Assembly: GCA_014378965.1 (NCBI GenBank)
Contig: JACMMR010000031.1
Location: 1 to 32,599, forward strand
Reading direction: 5' to 3'
From: Candidatus Parcubacteria bacterium
GTDB lineage: Bacteria; Patescibacteriota; Minisyncoccia; Phycocordibacterales; CAIZLB01
DNA length: 32,599 bases
Each line of letters begins with the position of its first letter. Within the stretch, counting starts at the first letter, position 1. The notes beneath the pieces are model-generated. The model was not told the origin of the DNA, did not search any database, and worked only from the letters and a program-made list of their open reading frames with translations. A program made the translations under genes and the position numbers. Shown piece by piece: positions 1 to 9,258 of the stretch.

Positions 1-122
1 ACATCAACATGAGTAAACCAATGATTACAAAAGATGGAGTAGCCTACGCCACCTCAACCTCACCAAATATGACCTATGATCCGGTGACGAAGATGCTGAC
101 GTTTACGGCGGATGGGTTTTAG
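1..122 (+). CDS. 3' end of an unidentified gene truncated by the window edge (...TKMLTFTADGF*)
   Basis: Open frame from nt 3 to TAG at 120-122. It is visibly more GC-rich than its surroundings and is followed by a hairpin terminator. No recognisable domain in 39 aa. Confidence 0.3.
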   Translation, partial: INMSKPMITKDGVAYATSTSPNMTYDPVTKMLTFTADGF

Positions 123-142
123 AGCTTAGATTTATTGAAAAT

Positions 143-166
143 AAATTCATCGACATGAATTTTTTC
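143..166 (+). terminator. Rho-independent terminator
   Basis: aaattcat-cgac-atgaattt, an 8-bp perfect stem followed by a T-run. Confidence 0.6.
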
Positions 167-186
167 TGATATAATAAAGTCATATC

Positions 187-3060
187 ATGCAAGAAAAAAA
201 AATAGAACAATTAAATAATGAAAATAAACAGCCATATAATTCTGAATCGTCTTCAGATAATAAAACTTTTGCATCTCTTGAAGAGGAACTTGAATATTTA
301 CGAGGAGAAGTAAAAAAGAATCAAGAAAAAAACACTGATCAATTTGAACAAGATCAAATTATTAGTCAAGAAATAAAAACTTATCATACTGAAACTGGAA
401 GAGATTTACTTCATGAAGCATATATCCAACCAGAAAATAAAGCATCTGAAATAGTTCTTAATCTCGCTCCTGAAAGTCATGATAAAAACATGGAAGAGTA
501 TTGGACATTGATGAATAAAAATGGGATATACAATACTTTAAATATAATAAAAAATACCGGTAACCCGCACCTTGAAGATGACTTTCATCGATTTTTAGTT
601 GAGTATGTAAAAGCTGGTTTAAAAATTCAAAACCTTAAAGAAAATGACCAAATAGATAAAAGTATTAAACAAACATTGTATCAAGTATCCTTACCTGATT
701 TTATAGAAAAAGATACTGGACAAAGACCTTTGAAAGAACTTTTGTCTGTGATGGAACAATTTTATCTTGGAATGGCATCTATTGCTGAAGCTGGTAAAAA
801 GTTTGCAGATAGCAAAAATAATATGACTATAGAGCTAGCAATAGCTGAAGGAAGTGAAGAATTTATTTTCTATGTATCGGTACCAAATGATAAAAATGAT
901 TTATTTGAAAAGCATATATTATCTGTGTTTCCGGAAGCAAAGATAGAAATAGAACATAATGACTATAATATATTTGATGAAAATGGGATATCGCTGGCAT
1001 CAGTAGCATCATTTGCAAAACAAGATATTTATCCAATAAAAACATATGAGGAATTTGATGCAGACCCAATCAATATTATTTTAAATTCTTTGTCAAAAAT
1101 ACAAAAAAATGGGGAAGGGGCATGTATACAAATTGTATTTAATAATGTTGGTGACTATTACCAAAAGCTCTATCGTGATGCACTCGATAATATTTTAAAA
1201 GGTGAATCATTAAAGAAGACCACTGATATTAGACACACCATCTGGGGACAATTTTCTAAAGTTGCTGGTGAGATGGGGAAGGAAATGATTGATGGAGTGC
1301 TTTCACCTGATGATGGAAAAAAAGATGATCTTAAAGAAAAATATATAGACCAGATTGCTGTAGAACAAATCAAGCATAAAATATCGTCTCCGATTATTGA
1401 GACAAATATTCGACTAGTTGCATCAGCAAAAGATAGGATGAGAGCTGAAAATATTTTGTCTGATCTTGAGTCATCTTTCAATCAGTTTACTAACGCGCTT
1501 GGAAATAGTTTTAAATGGAATAGAATAAAAGATAGTCAACTTAAGGATTTATTTTATAAATTTACGTTTAGACTTTTTGATAGAGATCAAGTATTACCAG
1601 TGTCTATAAAAGAGATTACCACAGTGATGCATTTTCCTATGACTACCCAATCAAACTTCTCTCCTCAGTTGAAACAATCAACTGCTGCAACGGCTCCAGC
1701 ACCGCTTGATATTCCAAAAAAGGGAGATGGTGTTCTTATTGGTAAAAATATTCATAGAAATGTCGAGCAGGATATTTATATGTCAGCTGAAGATAGGGCA
1801 CGTCATATGTATGTGATTGGACAAACTGGTGTTGGTAAATCAAGTATCCTAAAAAATCTTATCATTCAAGATATTAAAAATGGCGATGGTGTGTGTTTTA
1901 TTGATCCACATGGAAATGATGTGCAAGATATATTATCTCAAATCCCAAAAGAGAGATACGATGATGTGATTTATTTTGATCCAAGTCACACTGATCGTCC
2001 TATGGCTTTGAACATGCTTGAGTACGACACTTCAAATCCAGAGCAAAAAACTTTTGTAGTAAACGAGTTGTTTAGTATTTTTCAGAAATTGTACGGTGCC
2101 AATCCAGAGTCTATGGGACCGATGTTCGAACAATATTTTAGAAATGCTACGATGCTCGTGATGGAGGATCCAGAGTCGGGCTGTACCATGCTTGATATTT
2201 CTCGGGTTATGGCAGTGAAAAGTTTTCGTGATATGAAAATTGCACATTGTAAAAACCCTATCGTAAAACAATTTTGGACCGAGATTGCCGAGAAAACTTC
2301 AGGGGAATCAGGGTTGGCAAACATGATCCCGTATATCACTTCAAAGTTTGATGTGTTTTCGTCAAATGAAATTATGCGTCCTATCATTGCACAGGAAAAA
2401 TCTTCATTTAATTTCCGCGAAATTATGGATAGCAAAAAAATACTTCTTGTTAATTTATCAAAAGGAAGACTAGGAGATATTAATGCGAACTTAATAGGTT
2501 TGATTATTGTTGGGAAAATTTTAATGGCTGCACTTTCTCGTGTGGACTCATTTGGAAAAGATATGAATCCATTTTATTTGTACATAGATGAATTCCAAAA
2601 TATTACTACACCATCTATCTCAACTATTTTGTCTGAAGCAAGAAAGTATAAATTATCATTAACAATGGCTCACCAGTTCATAGCTCAACTTGATGATAAA
2701 ATAAAAGCTTCTGTATTTGGAAACGTTGGAAATATGGTTGTGTATAGAACAGGAGCAGAAGATGCAGAATTTTTACAAAAACAATTTGAACCAGTTTTTG
2801 TTGCAAAAGATATTATGAATATAGATAACTTCAATGCGTATATAAAGATGCTTTCTCATGGTAAGCCAACAAAGCCGTTCAATGTGCGTATTATGCCTCA
2901 AGCGAAGGGGAATATGGCGATTGTGGAGTCTTTGAAGGAGTTGTCATATCTCAAGTATGGAAAGGATAAGGATAGTGTTATTGAGGAAATAGATGCAAAG
3001 TTTGCGAGTGATAAGCCAAAGCCAAAGCCAGTGGCGGATTTAAGTGCGTTTGGGTTGTAG
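187..3060 (+). CDS. VirD4/TraD/TraG-like (type IV coupling protein family, FtsK/HerA superfamily) P-loop ATPase with a ~500-aa uncharacterised hydrophilic N-terminal region
   Basis: Walker A YVIGQTGVGKSS followed by FIDPHGND. Walker B LYIDEFQNI. SEARKYKLSLTMAHQFIAQL and GNVGNMVVYR match the TraD/TraG C-terminal pattern. No obvious N-terminal TM helices. Confidence 0.75.
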   Translation: MQEKKIEQLNNENKQPYNSESSSDNKTFASLEEELEYLRGEVKKNQEKNTDQFEQDQIISQEIKTYHTETGRDLLHEAYIQPENKASEIVLNLAPESHDKNMEEYWTLMNKNGIYNTLNIIKNTGNPHLEDDFHRFLVEYVKAGLKIQNLKENDQIDKSIKQTLYQVSLPDFIEKDTGQRPLKELLSVMEQFYLGMASIAEAGKKFADSKNNMTIELAIAEGSEEFIFYVSVPNDKNDLFEKHILSVFPEAKIEIEHNDYNIFDENGISLASVASFAKQDIYPIKTYEEFDADPINIILNSLSKIQKNGEGACIQIVFNNVGDYYQKLYRDALDNILKGESLKKTTDIRHTIWGQFSKVAGEMGKEMIDGVLSPDDGKKDDLKEKYIDQIAVEQIKHKISSPIIETNIRLVASAKDRMRAENILSDLESSFNQFTNALGNSFKWNRIKDSQLKDLFYKFTFRLFDRDQVLPVSIKEITTVMHFPMTTQSNFSPQLKQSTAATAPAPLDIPKKGDGVLIGKNIHRNVEQDIYMSAEDRARHMYVIGQTGVGKSSILKNLIIQDIKNGDGVCFIDPHGNDVQDILSQIPKERYDDVIYFDPSHTDRPMALNMLEYDTSNPEQKTFVVNELFSIFQKLYGANPESMGPMFEQYFRNATMLVMEDPESGCTMLDISRVMAVKSFRDMKIAHCKNPIVKQFWTEIAEKTSGESGLANMIPYITSKFDVFSSNEIMRPIIAQEKSSFNFREIMDSKKILLVNLSKGRLGDINANLIGLIIVGKILMAALSRVDSFGKDMNPFYLYIDEFQNITTPSISTILSEARKYKLSLTMAHQFIAQLDDKIKASVFGNVGNMVVYRTGAEDAEFLQKQFEPVFVAKDIMNIDNFNAYIKMLSHGKPTKPFNVRIMPQAKGNMAIVESLKELSYLKYGKDKDSVIEEIDAKFASDKPKPKPVADLSAFGL

Positions 3061-3062
3061 GG

Positions 3063-3090
3063 TTGACATCGGAAGTCAAAAATATATACT
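3063..3090 (+). promoter_or_regulatory. Candidate sigma70-type promoter (TTGACA-N16-TATACT) in the convergent intergenic region
   Basis: TTGACA at 3063-3068 and TATACT at 3085-3090. It points into a highly structured segment, 3108-3205. Confidence 0.3.
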
Positions 3091-3177
3091 ATAATTAGTT
3101 TTGAGATTTTAAAACTTCTCTAAGTGCAGAAATTCGGCTACTGCCACCTACCTCTCCGGAGGTTGTTGAGATGGGGA

Positions 3178-3600
3178 TTACGTCGTTCCCCAGAGAAGTT
3201 TTAAGTTCTTAAGATAAGAATTTTTCCCTATAAAGCTTGTTACAATAATATTATTCTGATCTTCCATTATTTCAACTGTAATCACTTGCGATTTCCTTGT
3301 TTCTCTTATAACTACCTCTTTCGAGATTAGAAATCTGTTTGAAAAATTTCCAACATGAATGGTATCAGGATTTTCTAATACTTGACCAATGTGATCAAGT
3401 AAAGATTTACCTAATTCTTCTTTCTCAGCTAGGTGTTTTATCGACAATCTGGTAAATGATAAATTTTGATTGTTTGTTTTAACAACATGTAATATGTTCT
3501 TTGGTAATTTAAAATCTGTATATATCAAATCATGAGGATTTTCTATGATAAATCCTTTTGGTAATTTCTGCATTTGTAAAAATATTTCTTGTAATTCCAT
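3178..3600 (-). CDS. Hypothetical protein. The pattern is weakly reminiscent of Barnase-EndoU-ColicinE5/D-RelE-like (PBECR) small nucleases.
   Basis: 140-aa ORF with TGGTAGGAT (extended -10-like) 6 nt upstream of the ATG. The motif layout SIKHLAEK...VLENPDTIHV...IIVTSF...SYLK is recalled from PBECR families only and is not verified. Confidence 0.55.
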   Translation of the reverse strand: MELQEIFLQMQKLPKGFIIENPHDLIYTDFKLPKNILHVVKTNNQNLSFTRLSIKHLAEKEELGKSLLDHIGQVLENPDTIHVGNFSNRFLISKEVVIRETRKSQVITVEIMEDQNNIIVTSFIGKNSYLKNLKLLWGTT

Positions 3601-3662
3601 CCATCAATCCTACCAATATCAACATCCAGAAAAATAAAAGAAATAATAAATAAAAAATAAAA

Positions 3663-4241
3663 TTAAGATAAAGATTCAAACAACTCCTCAATACCTATCT
3701 TCTCCCGGGCAGAATATTTTATTATTTTCTTGCCTTCAAATGCATTTTCAATACTAGCTAAAGCTTTAAAAACCTCATTTTGTTTTAATTTATCAAACTT
3801 ATTGGCAATTATAATAATGTCTTGTTTGTGTTCTACTAAAAAATTATAAAAATGAATATCATCAACTGTCGGTCCAACCTTTGCGTCAATTATCAAAACT
3901 ACTTTTTTTGTGTTTGTTTTTTCACTTATAAAATACCACTCTATGATTCGTGCAATTTTATCTCGTTGAACATGTGACCCTCGAGCGAATCCATATCCAG
4001 GAAGGTCTACTAAATAAAATTCTTCATTAATCAGATAAAAATTTGCCTCAGCGGTAAAGCCTGGGGTTGAGGATGATCGTGCCAGTTTATTTCTACCCAC
4101 GAGAGTATTTATAACTGAAGATTTACCTACGTTTGATCTTCCGATGAAGGCTATCTCAGGAAATGTTTCTACAGGTAGTCCTGTGTCGTGCACAGCACCT
4201 TTTACGAAGATAGCTGATTTTATTAATTGAGGATTGGTCAT
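3663..4241 (-). CDS. engB: Ribosome-biogenesis GTPase YihA/EngB
   Basis: G1 GRSNVGKSS, G3 DLPGYG, G4 NKFDK. Start placed at ATG 4241 (MTNPQLI...) because the longer ORF-track start runs into the tRNA-Leu gene. Confidence 0.9.
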   Translation of the reverse strand: MTNPQLIKSAIFVKGAVHDTGLPVETFPEIAFIGRSNVGKSSVINTLVGRNKLARSSSTPGFTAEANFYLINEEFYLVDLPGYGFARGSHVQRDKIARIIEWYFISEKTNTKKVVLIIDAKVGPTVDDIHFYNFLVEHKQDIIIIANKFDKLKQNEVFKALASIENAFEGKKIIKYSAREKIGIEELFESLS

Positions 4242-4245
4242 GTTG

Positions 4246-4328
4246 TGCCCAGGGCGGGACTCGAACCCGCACGACATTGCTGTCAAAAGATTTTAAGTCT
4301 TTCGTGTCTACCATTCCACCACCAGGGC
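4246..4328 (-). tRNA. tRNA-Leu (anticodon UAA), long variable arm, CCA not encoded
   Basis: Cloverleaf folded by hand: acceptor GCCCTGG/CCTGGGC (one U-U mismatch), anticodon loop CTTAAAA, T-arm GCGGG-TTCGAGT-CCCGC. Confidence 0.9.
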
Positions 4329-4352
4329 ATTCTCGCTTATTCAAACAGCGTG

Positions 4353-4426
4353 AGGCGTAGGCCGGATTTGAACCGGCGAATATCAGTTTTGCAAACTGCC
4401 GCGTTAAACCACTTCGCCACTACGCC
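4353..4426 (-). tRNA. tRNA-Cys (anticodon GCA)
   Basis: Acceptor GGCGTAG/CTACGCC, anticodon loop TTGCAAA, T-arm GCCGG-TTCAAAT-CCGGC. 74 nt. Confidence 0.9.
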
Positions 4427-4510
4427 GTGATTCTATTTATAGCATATATAAGGGGATATTTCTACTCCAAATAATTGCATCAGTTTCTTGAAAAATGTTA
4501 TGATATATAT

Positions 4511-4816
4511 ATGCAAACACAAAACAATGATATTACGTTTGACGAATACAAATACAAGTCGAGGAGTATTTTAGGTCAGTCCGAATCACCTGCGATGATA
4601 CGGTCTTTGGTTAAGCACGGAGTGGTAAAAAATGAGGGGCAGGCCTTTATTTTTATGGTTATGATTACAAGTTTATTTGCAGGTGCATCAATTTTTATTG
4701 TTTATATAAATTTTTTTAAGCCACTTGTTGCACCTCCATTAACAACAGAGCAAGAGTTATTATTTAATCAAGAACAGGCTCAGATAAATCAGAGTAATCA
4801 AGAAATAAAAAACTAA
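4511..4816 (+). CDS. Small single-pass membrane protein (hypothetical)
   Basis: ORF with one hydrophobic helix (FIFMVMITSLFAGASIFIVYINFF). Start chosen at ATG 4511 because TGTTATGAT (4496-4504) lies 6 nt upstream. Confidence 0.5.
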   Translation: MQTQNNDITFDEYKYKSRSILGQSESPAMIRSLVKHGVVKNEGQAFIFMVMITSLFAGASIFIVYINFFKPLVAPPLTTEQELLFNQEQAQINQSNQEIKN

Positions 4817-4823
4817 TATATTT

Positions 4824-5402
4824 ATGTTTAAAAAAAATACTAAAAATAATAAAGGTTTTACTCTAATAGAGTTGATGGTTGTTATTTCAATCATAGGCTT
4901 ACTTTCAAGTATTGTATTAGCAACTCTTAAGGATGCGAGAGATAAGGCTACTGGCACTAAATTTAAGTCTGAGATAAAACAGTTGGTAACTGCACTTGAA
5001 TTGTATAGAACAGATACGGGGTACTATCCGTATGAGAACCTCACTGGCGGTTCAGCCGATTACGATCAAATGCTTAATTCTAATACAGAACAAGCTAGTG
5101 TTGCAGCAGGACAATATTTATCTGCTCTTTTGCTAGGTAAGTATTTAAATAGTTTACCTAAAGTACCAGTTAATAATTATACTCAGACATTGCCAGCATG
5201 GACATATCGATCAAATCACACTAACTCTGCTCAAACATTTAGATGTGTTGGAGATACTGATACACCTAAATATGTTATTTTATTTTCTAACCAAAACCCA
5301 ACCACATACGGTATTTTTTCTGATCTGCCTGATTTTCAATTCAGCCCAGGGTTTAATACTTGGATTACAGCTACCACTGATCGTTGCTTTTCTCTAAAAT
5401 AA
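4824..5402 (+). CDS. Type IV pilin (probable major pilin), prepilin-type N-terminal cleavage/methylation domain
   Basis: Leader MFKKNTKNNKG followed by FTLIELMVVISIIGLL (G-1, E+5). Two C-terminal cysteines (FRC...DRC) are consistent with a D-region disulfide. Confidence 0.85.
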   Translation: MFKKNTKNNKGFTLIELMVVISIIGLLSSIVLATLKDARDKATGTKFKSEIKQLVTALELYRTDTGYYPYENLTGGSADYDQMLNSNTEQASVAAGQYLSALLLGKYLNSLPKVPVNNYTQTLPAWTYRSNHTNSAQTFRCVGDTDTPKYVILFSNQNPTTYGIFSDLPDFQFSPGFNTWITATTDRCFSLK

Positions 5403-5406
5403 CCAC

Positions 5407-5748
5407 TTAAATAATCTCAAAAATCTCCTGTCGGTGTTTCTCACCTTTATCAATTTCAAAATGTAAAAATGGAAGTATACCAACTCTTGTTTTTTTCTTT
5501 ATATCATTTCGAATATCAGTCACATTTCTTGTCAAAAAATCTATCACAGCATCTTCTTTTGTCTCAGGTAATACAGAAACACGTATTGTAACATTGTTGC
5601 TTCTATCGGCTTGTTCAATCGAAGTGATTGTTATCAATGATTGTCCTCCGGAGTTGCGAGAAATATACTCATCAATTGTTTTTCTAAATATTGATTCCGC
5701 TCTTCCTTTTGTAACTCTTTTATCTCGATGGTTATTTTCTTTTTTCAT
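5407..5748 (-). CDS. rbfA: Ribosome-binding factor A
   Basis: 113 aa immediately downstream of infB, the conserved infB-rbfA order. RbfA-like pattern: LITITSIEQADRSNNVTIRVSVLP ... ILPFLHFEID. Confidence 0.8.
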   Translation of the reverse strand: MKKENNHRDKRVTKGRAESIFRKTIDEYISRNSGGQSLITITSIEQADRSNNVTIRVSVLPETKEDAVIDFLTRNVTDIRNDIKKKTRVGILPFLHFEIDKGEKHRQEIFEII

Positions 5749-5763
5749 GTTTTTATATTTAAA

Positions 5764-7974
5764 TTATTTTTCAACTACGGAAAATGCTGCAATAATATCA
5801 CCTGTAACTATTTCTATCTTAGCTTCGATCATAAGACCACATTCAGTATCAGCTTCAACACTTTTAACTTGAGATCGAGCATGTTGTAGTTCGACTATTT
5901 CACCTCGACCAATTTCATTGTCACGTCTCATGATTTTAATCTTATCACCTAGATTTATACGTCCTGTTACAACCAAACCTCCAAGAACCTGCTTTGTCTT
6001 ATTTGCATTAAAGATTTTAAGTACCTTAAGTGTTCCATGACTTTCTTCTTCAAGAATTTTAGGTGCTTTTGATCTGGCCTCATTCTCAAGCCACTCAGAA
6101 AGTTTATAGATGATATCAAATGTCTCTATTTTAAGGTTCAATTGATTTGCTAGGTTTTTGGCTACATTATCAACTTTTGTGTTGTATCCAACAATAACTG
6201 AATCTTTAGATCCTTGAGCAAGCTTTACGTCATTTTCATTGATGTCTCCAGTCTCTGCACGAACAATTCGAAGCTCTATATTTTCAAACTTAATTTTACC
6301 GATTTCTTGTTTTACCGCATCCAGAGTTCCGACTGAATCAGTTTTAAGAACAATAGGTAGTGTCCAGTTATTATCAACTTCAAGTCCATAAAGCGCTCTG
6401 ATATTTAGGGGGATTTTTGTAGCTACAACTTTTCCAATGGCATTAACCTCATCCTCCAATGCTGAAATATTTTTTTGTTCAAGCGCAAGAAGTTCGGCTG
6501 TTTCTTTATCTTCACACATGATGCAGATGTCTCCAACTTTTGGTGTTGCAATCCAACCAATCAGACGTACAGGTTGTCCAGGCTCAAAACTTTTTTGTGC
6601 CTTGCCTTCAAAATTTTCAATAATACGAACAGGGGATATCTCACCATTTGATACAATAAATGATCCAACTTTTAAAGTACCATTTTTAACTATCATTGTT
6701 GCGTGTATTCCTCTAATCTTGTCTCTTCCTGACTCTATAACAATACATTCAGCCGGTACGTCATAGGCAGCCTTGATATCAGCTACTTCAGTCATTAGTA
6801 AAATCATATCCAATAGGTCGTCAACACCTTCTCCTGTCTTACCTGAGAAAGGGATGAAAGAAATATCTCCACCATATCCTTCAACAAAAATATTATTTTC
6901 AGCTAACGATTGCTTTGTTTTTTCAAGATCTGCTCCGGCCTTATCGATTTTGGATACTCCGATAAAGAAAGGGACCTGAGCATCAGTGATAGATTTCAAT
7001 GCATCTAGCGTTTGTGGCTTAACTCCATCTTCAGCAGAAACAACAAGTATTGCAATATCTGCAGCTTTTGCTCCACGGTCACGCATACTTGTAAATGATT
7101 CATGTCCAGGTGTGTCTAGGAAAGTAATTTTTCCATCTTTATGATTGATTTCATACGCTGACATCTTTTGTGTGATACCTCCAACTTCACGATCTGCAGT
7201 ATTTGCTTTTCTGATGTAATCTAAAAGAGTCGACTTTCCATGATCAACATGTCCCATAATAATAACAACGGGATTTTTTGAACGAATATCCAGTCCATCT
7301 AGTATTTGTATGGTCTTGATAAGATTACTTGATTTACCACTTATACGTGTTCGTAGTGTAGCGGCTTTTTTTACCTTAGCAACTCTCGGTCTCTTATAAT
7401 ATGGTACGTACTCTGTACGGGGTGCTGTATCTCTTTTTACAAATGGTTTTCTTGGCGAAGTTGTACCAGCTACTGAATCTTTAGTTTTATTATTAAGAAA
7501 TGTCTTGGCAAACGCAATCCCTCTTTCCTCAATTTTTTTCTTTTCATCTTCCTTTTTTTGTAAATCAATTTTTTCCTCTTTGGTAATTACTTTTGATTTA
7601 AAAAGAGTGGGTGAGTATTTTGGAGTAGGTTTATGGTCATGTTTAATTTCCTCAACCTTTTTTTCCTCCAGCTTAGTTTCTATGGGTTTATTTTTATTTT
7701 CATAAAATTTAGATGCGTTTTCAAACCAATTATTATGTTCCTCGACTTTGGTTTTTCGAGTATCTTCAACCTCTTTGCTCACTGCAAAAGTTCTCGAGCT
7801 TGTTCTCGGTGTTATAATTGTTGGCGGTTTAATCGAAGTTTTTTTGGTTTTTGCACTGCTTTTAATTTCCTCTTTAACTTCAGGTGTCTTATTTTCTCCA
7901 AAAACACTCCCAAACGCATTGCCAAAAACCCCTCCAAATGCACTGTCGTCGTTTTGATTTTTATCCGGTATCAT
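5764..7974 (-). CDS. infB: Translation initiation factor IF-2
   Basis: GTPase motifs [17 protein letters not shown] and SKIDK. Lys/Glu-rich N-terminal region. IF-2 domain organisation. Confidence 0.97.
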   Translation of the reverse strand: MIPDKNQNDDSAFGGVFGNAFGSVFGENKTPEVKEEIKSSAKTKKTSIKPPTIITPRTSSRTFAVSKEVEDTRKTKVEEHNNWFENASKFYENKNKPIETKLEEKKVEEIKHDHKPTPKYSPTLFKSKVITKEEKIDLQKKEDEKKKIEERGIAFAKTFLNNKTKDSVAGTTSPRKPFVKRDTAPRTEYVPYYKRPRVAKVKKAATLRTRISGKSSNLIKTIQILDGLDIRSKNPVVIIMGHVDHGKSTLLDYIRKANTADREVGGITQKMSAYEINHKDGKITFLDTPGHESFTSMRDRGAKAADIAILVVSAEDGVKPQTLDALKSITDAQVPFFIGVSKIDKAGADLEKTKQSLAENNIFVEGYGGDISFIPFSGKTGEGVDDLLDMILLMTEVADIKAAYDVPAECIVIESGRDKIRGIHATMIVKNGTLKVGSFIVSNGEISPVRIIENFEGKAQKSFEPGQPVRLIGWIATPKVGDICIMCEDKETAELLALEQKNISALEDEVNAIGKVVATKIPLNIRALYGLEVDNNWTLPIVLKTDSVGTLDAVKQEIGKIKFENIELRIVRAETGDINENDVKLAQGSKDSVIVGYNTKVDNVAKNLANQLNLKIETFDIIYKLSEWLENEARSKAPKILEEESHGTLKVLKIFNANKTKQVLGGLVVTGRINLGDKIKIMRRDNEIGRGEIVELQHARSQVKSVEADTECGLMIEAKIEIVTGDIIAAFSVVEK

Positions 7975-8021
7975 AGTATATTAAATATACACTTTTTTAT
8001 AAAAAATACAATATTATCTAT

Positions 8022-9242
8022 ATGTTTTCACCATTTATCAAATTTGCACACACCCGTAAAAAATACTTCGATTATGCCTCACAAACACCCATCGATGACA
8101 AGGTTTTGACGGTTGTTGATGATGTTTCTAGAAAACTTTTTTATAATCCAGGGTCATTGTATGCAAATGGGGTACTTAGTGCCAAAATGTTACAAAATGC
8201 CAGATTTAAGATAGCTGACATATTAGGAGGACAATCAAAAAATTCAGTTCATGCTGATGAAATCATTTTTACTAGCGGTGGAACCGAGTCAAACAATATA
8301 GCGATCCAAGGTGTAATCTTAAAATGGTATGAAGAACATGAGTTTGATTATACAAATATTCCTCACGTGATTATTTCTGAGATTGAACATCCTTCACTTA
8401 ATGATATTATAGAAAATTTGAAAAAACAAAAAAAGATTACCTATTCCAAAATAAAGATAAATTTAGATGGATTGATTGATTTACAAAGATTAAAAGATGA
8501 ATTACTCAAACATAAAAAGACAATTTTGGTTTCAGTTATGTTAGTTAATAATGAAATTGGCACCATTCAACCAATAAGAGATATTGCCTCCCTCGTTCGA
8601 AAAGCTAAAGGAGGAAATAAATATCCACTCCTTCATACCGACGCTTGTCAAGCTGTAAATTATCTTGATATGTCGATTGACAAGATGGGGGTAGATTTAA
8701 TTTCATATGATGCTTCGAAATTCTATGGGCCAAAAAGTGTTGGTATTTTATATGTAAAAAGAAATACCCCAATAAACCCAATATATTTTGGAGGAGATCA
8801 AGAGCATAATATGCGACCAGGAACAGAAAATGTTCCAGTAGTTTTGGGAATGGTAAAAGCTTTTGAAATTGCATATCATGAAAAGACCAAAGAGATAGAA
8901 AGAATATATAGTATACAGCAATACATTTTTAAAAAAGTTTTAAAAACAAAAAATATTACTATCAATGGATCTGTTGAGAGAGAGAAAAGAATTGTTAATA
9001 ATATTAATATTTGTTTTCCTGGAAAAGATTCTGAATTTTTACTTTTTAAATTAGATAAACTAGGCTATGAGGTTTCAACTGGAACAACATGTCAGAATAA
9101 GAAAGAAGATTCAAAATCTATATCTGTAGAGGCATTAGGAAAAGATTGTGGAAGCTCGAGTTTACGTATTAGTTTAGGTAGATATACCACTATGGGACAA
9201 GCGAAAGGGTTAGTACGAGCACTAACAAAATTAATAATGTAG
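8022..9242 (+). CDS. Cysteine desulfurase (class V aminotransferase, NifS/IscS-like)
   Basis: HTDACQA, PLP-lysine region SYDASKFYGPKSVGILYV, and an active-site Cys loop STGTTCQ. Confidence 0.9.
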   Translation: MFSPFIKFAHTRKKYFDYASQTPIDDKVLTVVDDVSRKLFYNPGSLYANGVLSAKMLQNARFKIADILGGQSKNSVHADEIIFTSGGTESNNIAIQGVILKWYEEHEFDYTNIPHVIISEIEHPSLNDIIENLKKQKKITYSKIKINLDGLIDLQRLKDELLKHKKTILVSVMLVNNEIGTIQPIRDIASLVRKAKGGNKYPLLHTDACQAVNYLDMSIDKMGVDLISYDASKFYGPKSVGILYVKRNTPINPIYFGGDQEHNMRPGTENVPVVLGMVKAFEIAYHEKTKEIERIYSIQQYIFKKVLKTKNITINGSVEREKRIVNNINICFPGKDSEFLLFKLDKLGYEVSTGTTCQNKKEDSKSISVEALGKDCGSSSLRISLGRYTTMGQAKGLVRALTKLIM

Positions 9243-9258
9243 GAGTATACTAATTAGT

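Noticed and set aside
3097-3225. Could the structured intergenic RNA be SRP (4.5S) RNA or a tRNA-like gene?
   Set aside because: The UCCGGAGG hairpin superficially recalls SRP domain IV, but the conserved GGAA tetraloop with flanking AGCAGC/AGG loops is absent. The 14-bp closing helix and the loop sizes do not fit a tRNA.
4156-4430. ORFs 4156..4344(-) and 4227..4430(+), and the long engB start at 4286
   Set aside because: They overlap two well-folding tRNA genes (Leu-UAA and Cys-GCA), so they are spurious translations of tRNA DNA.
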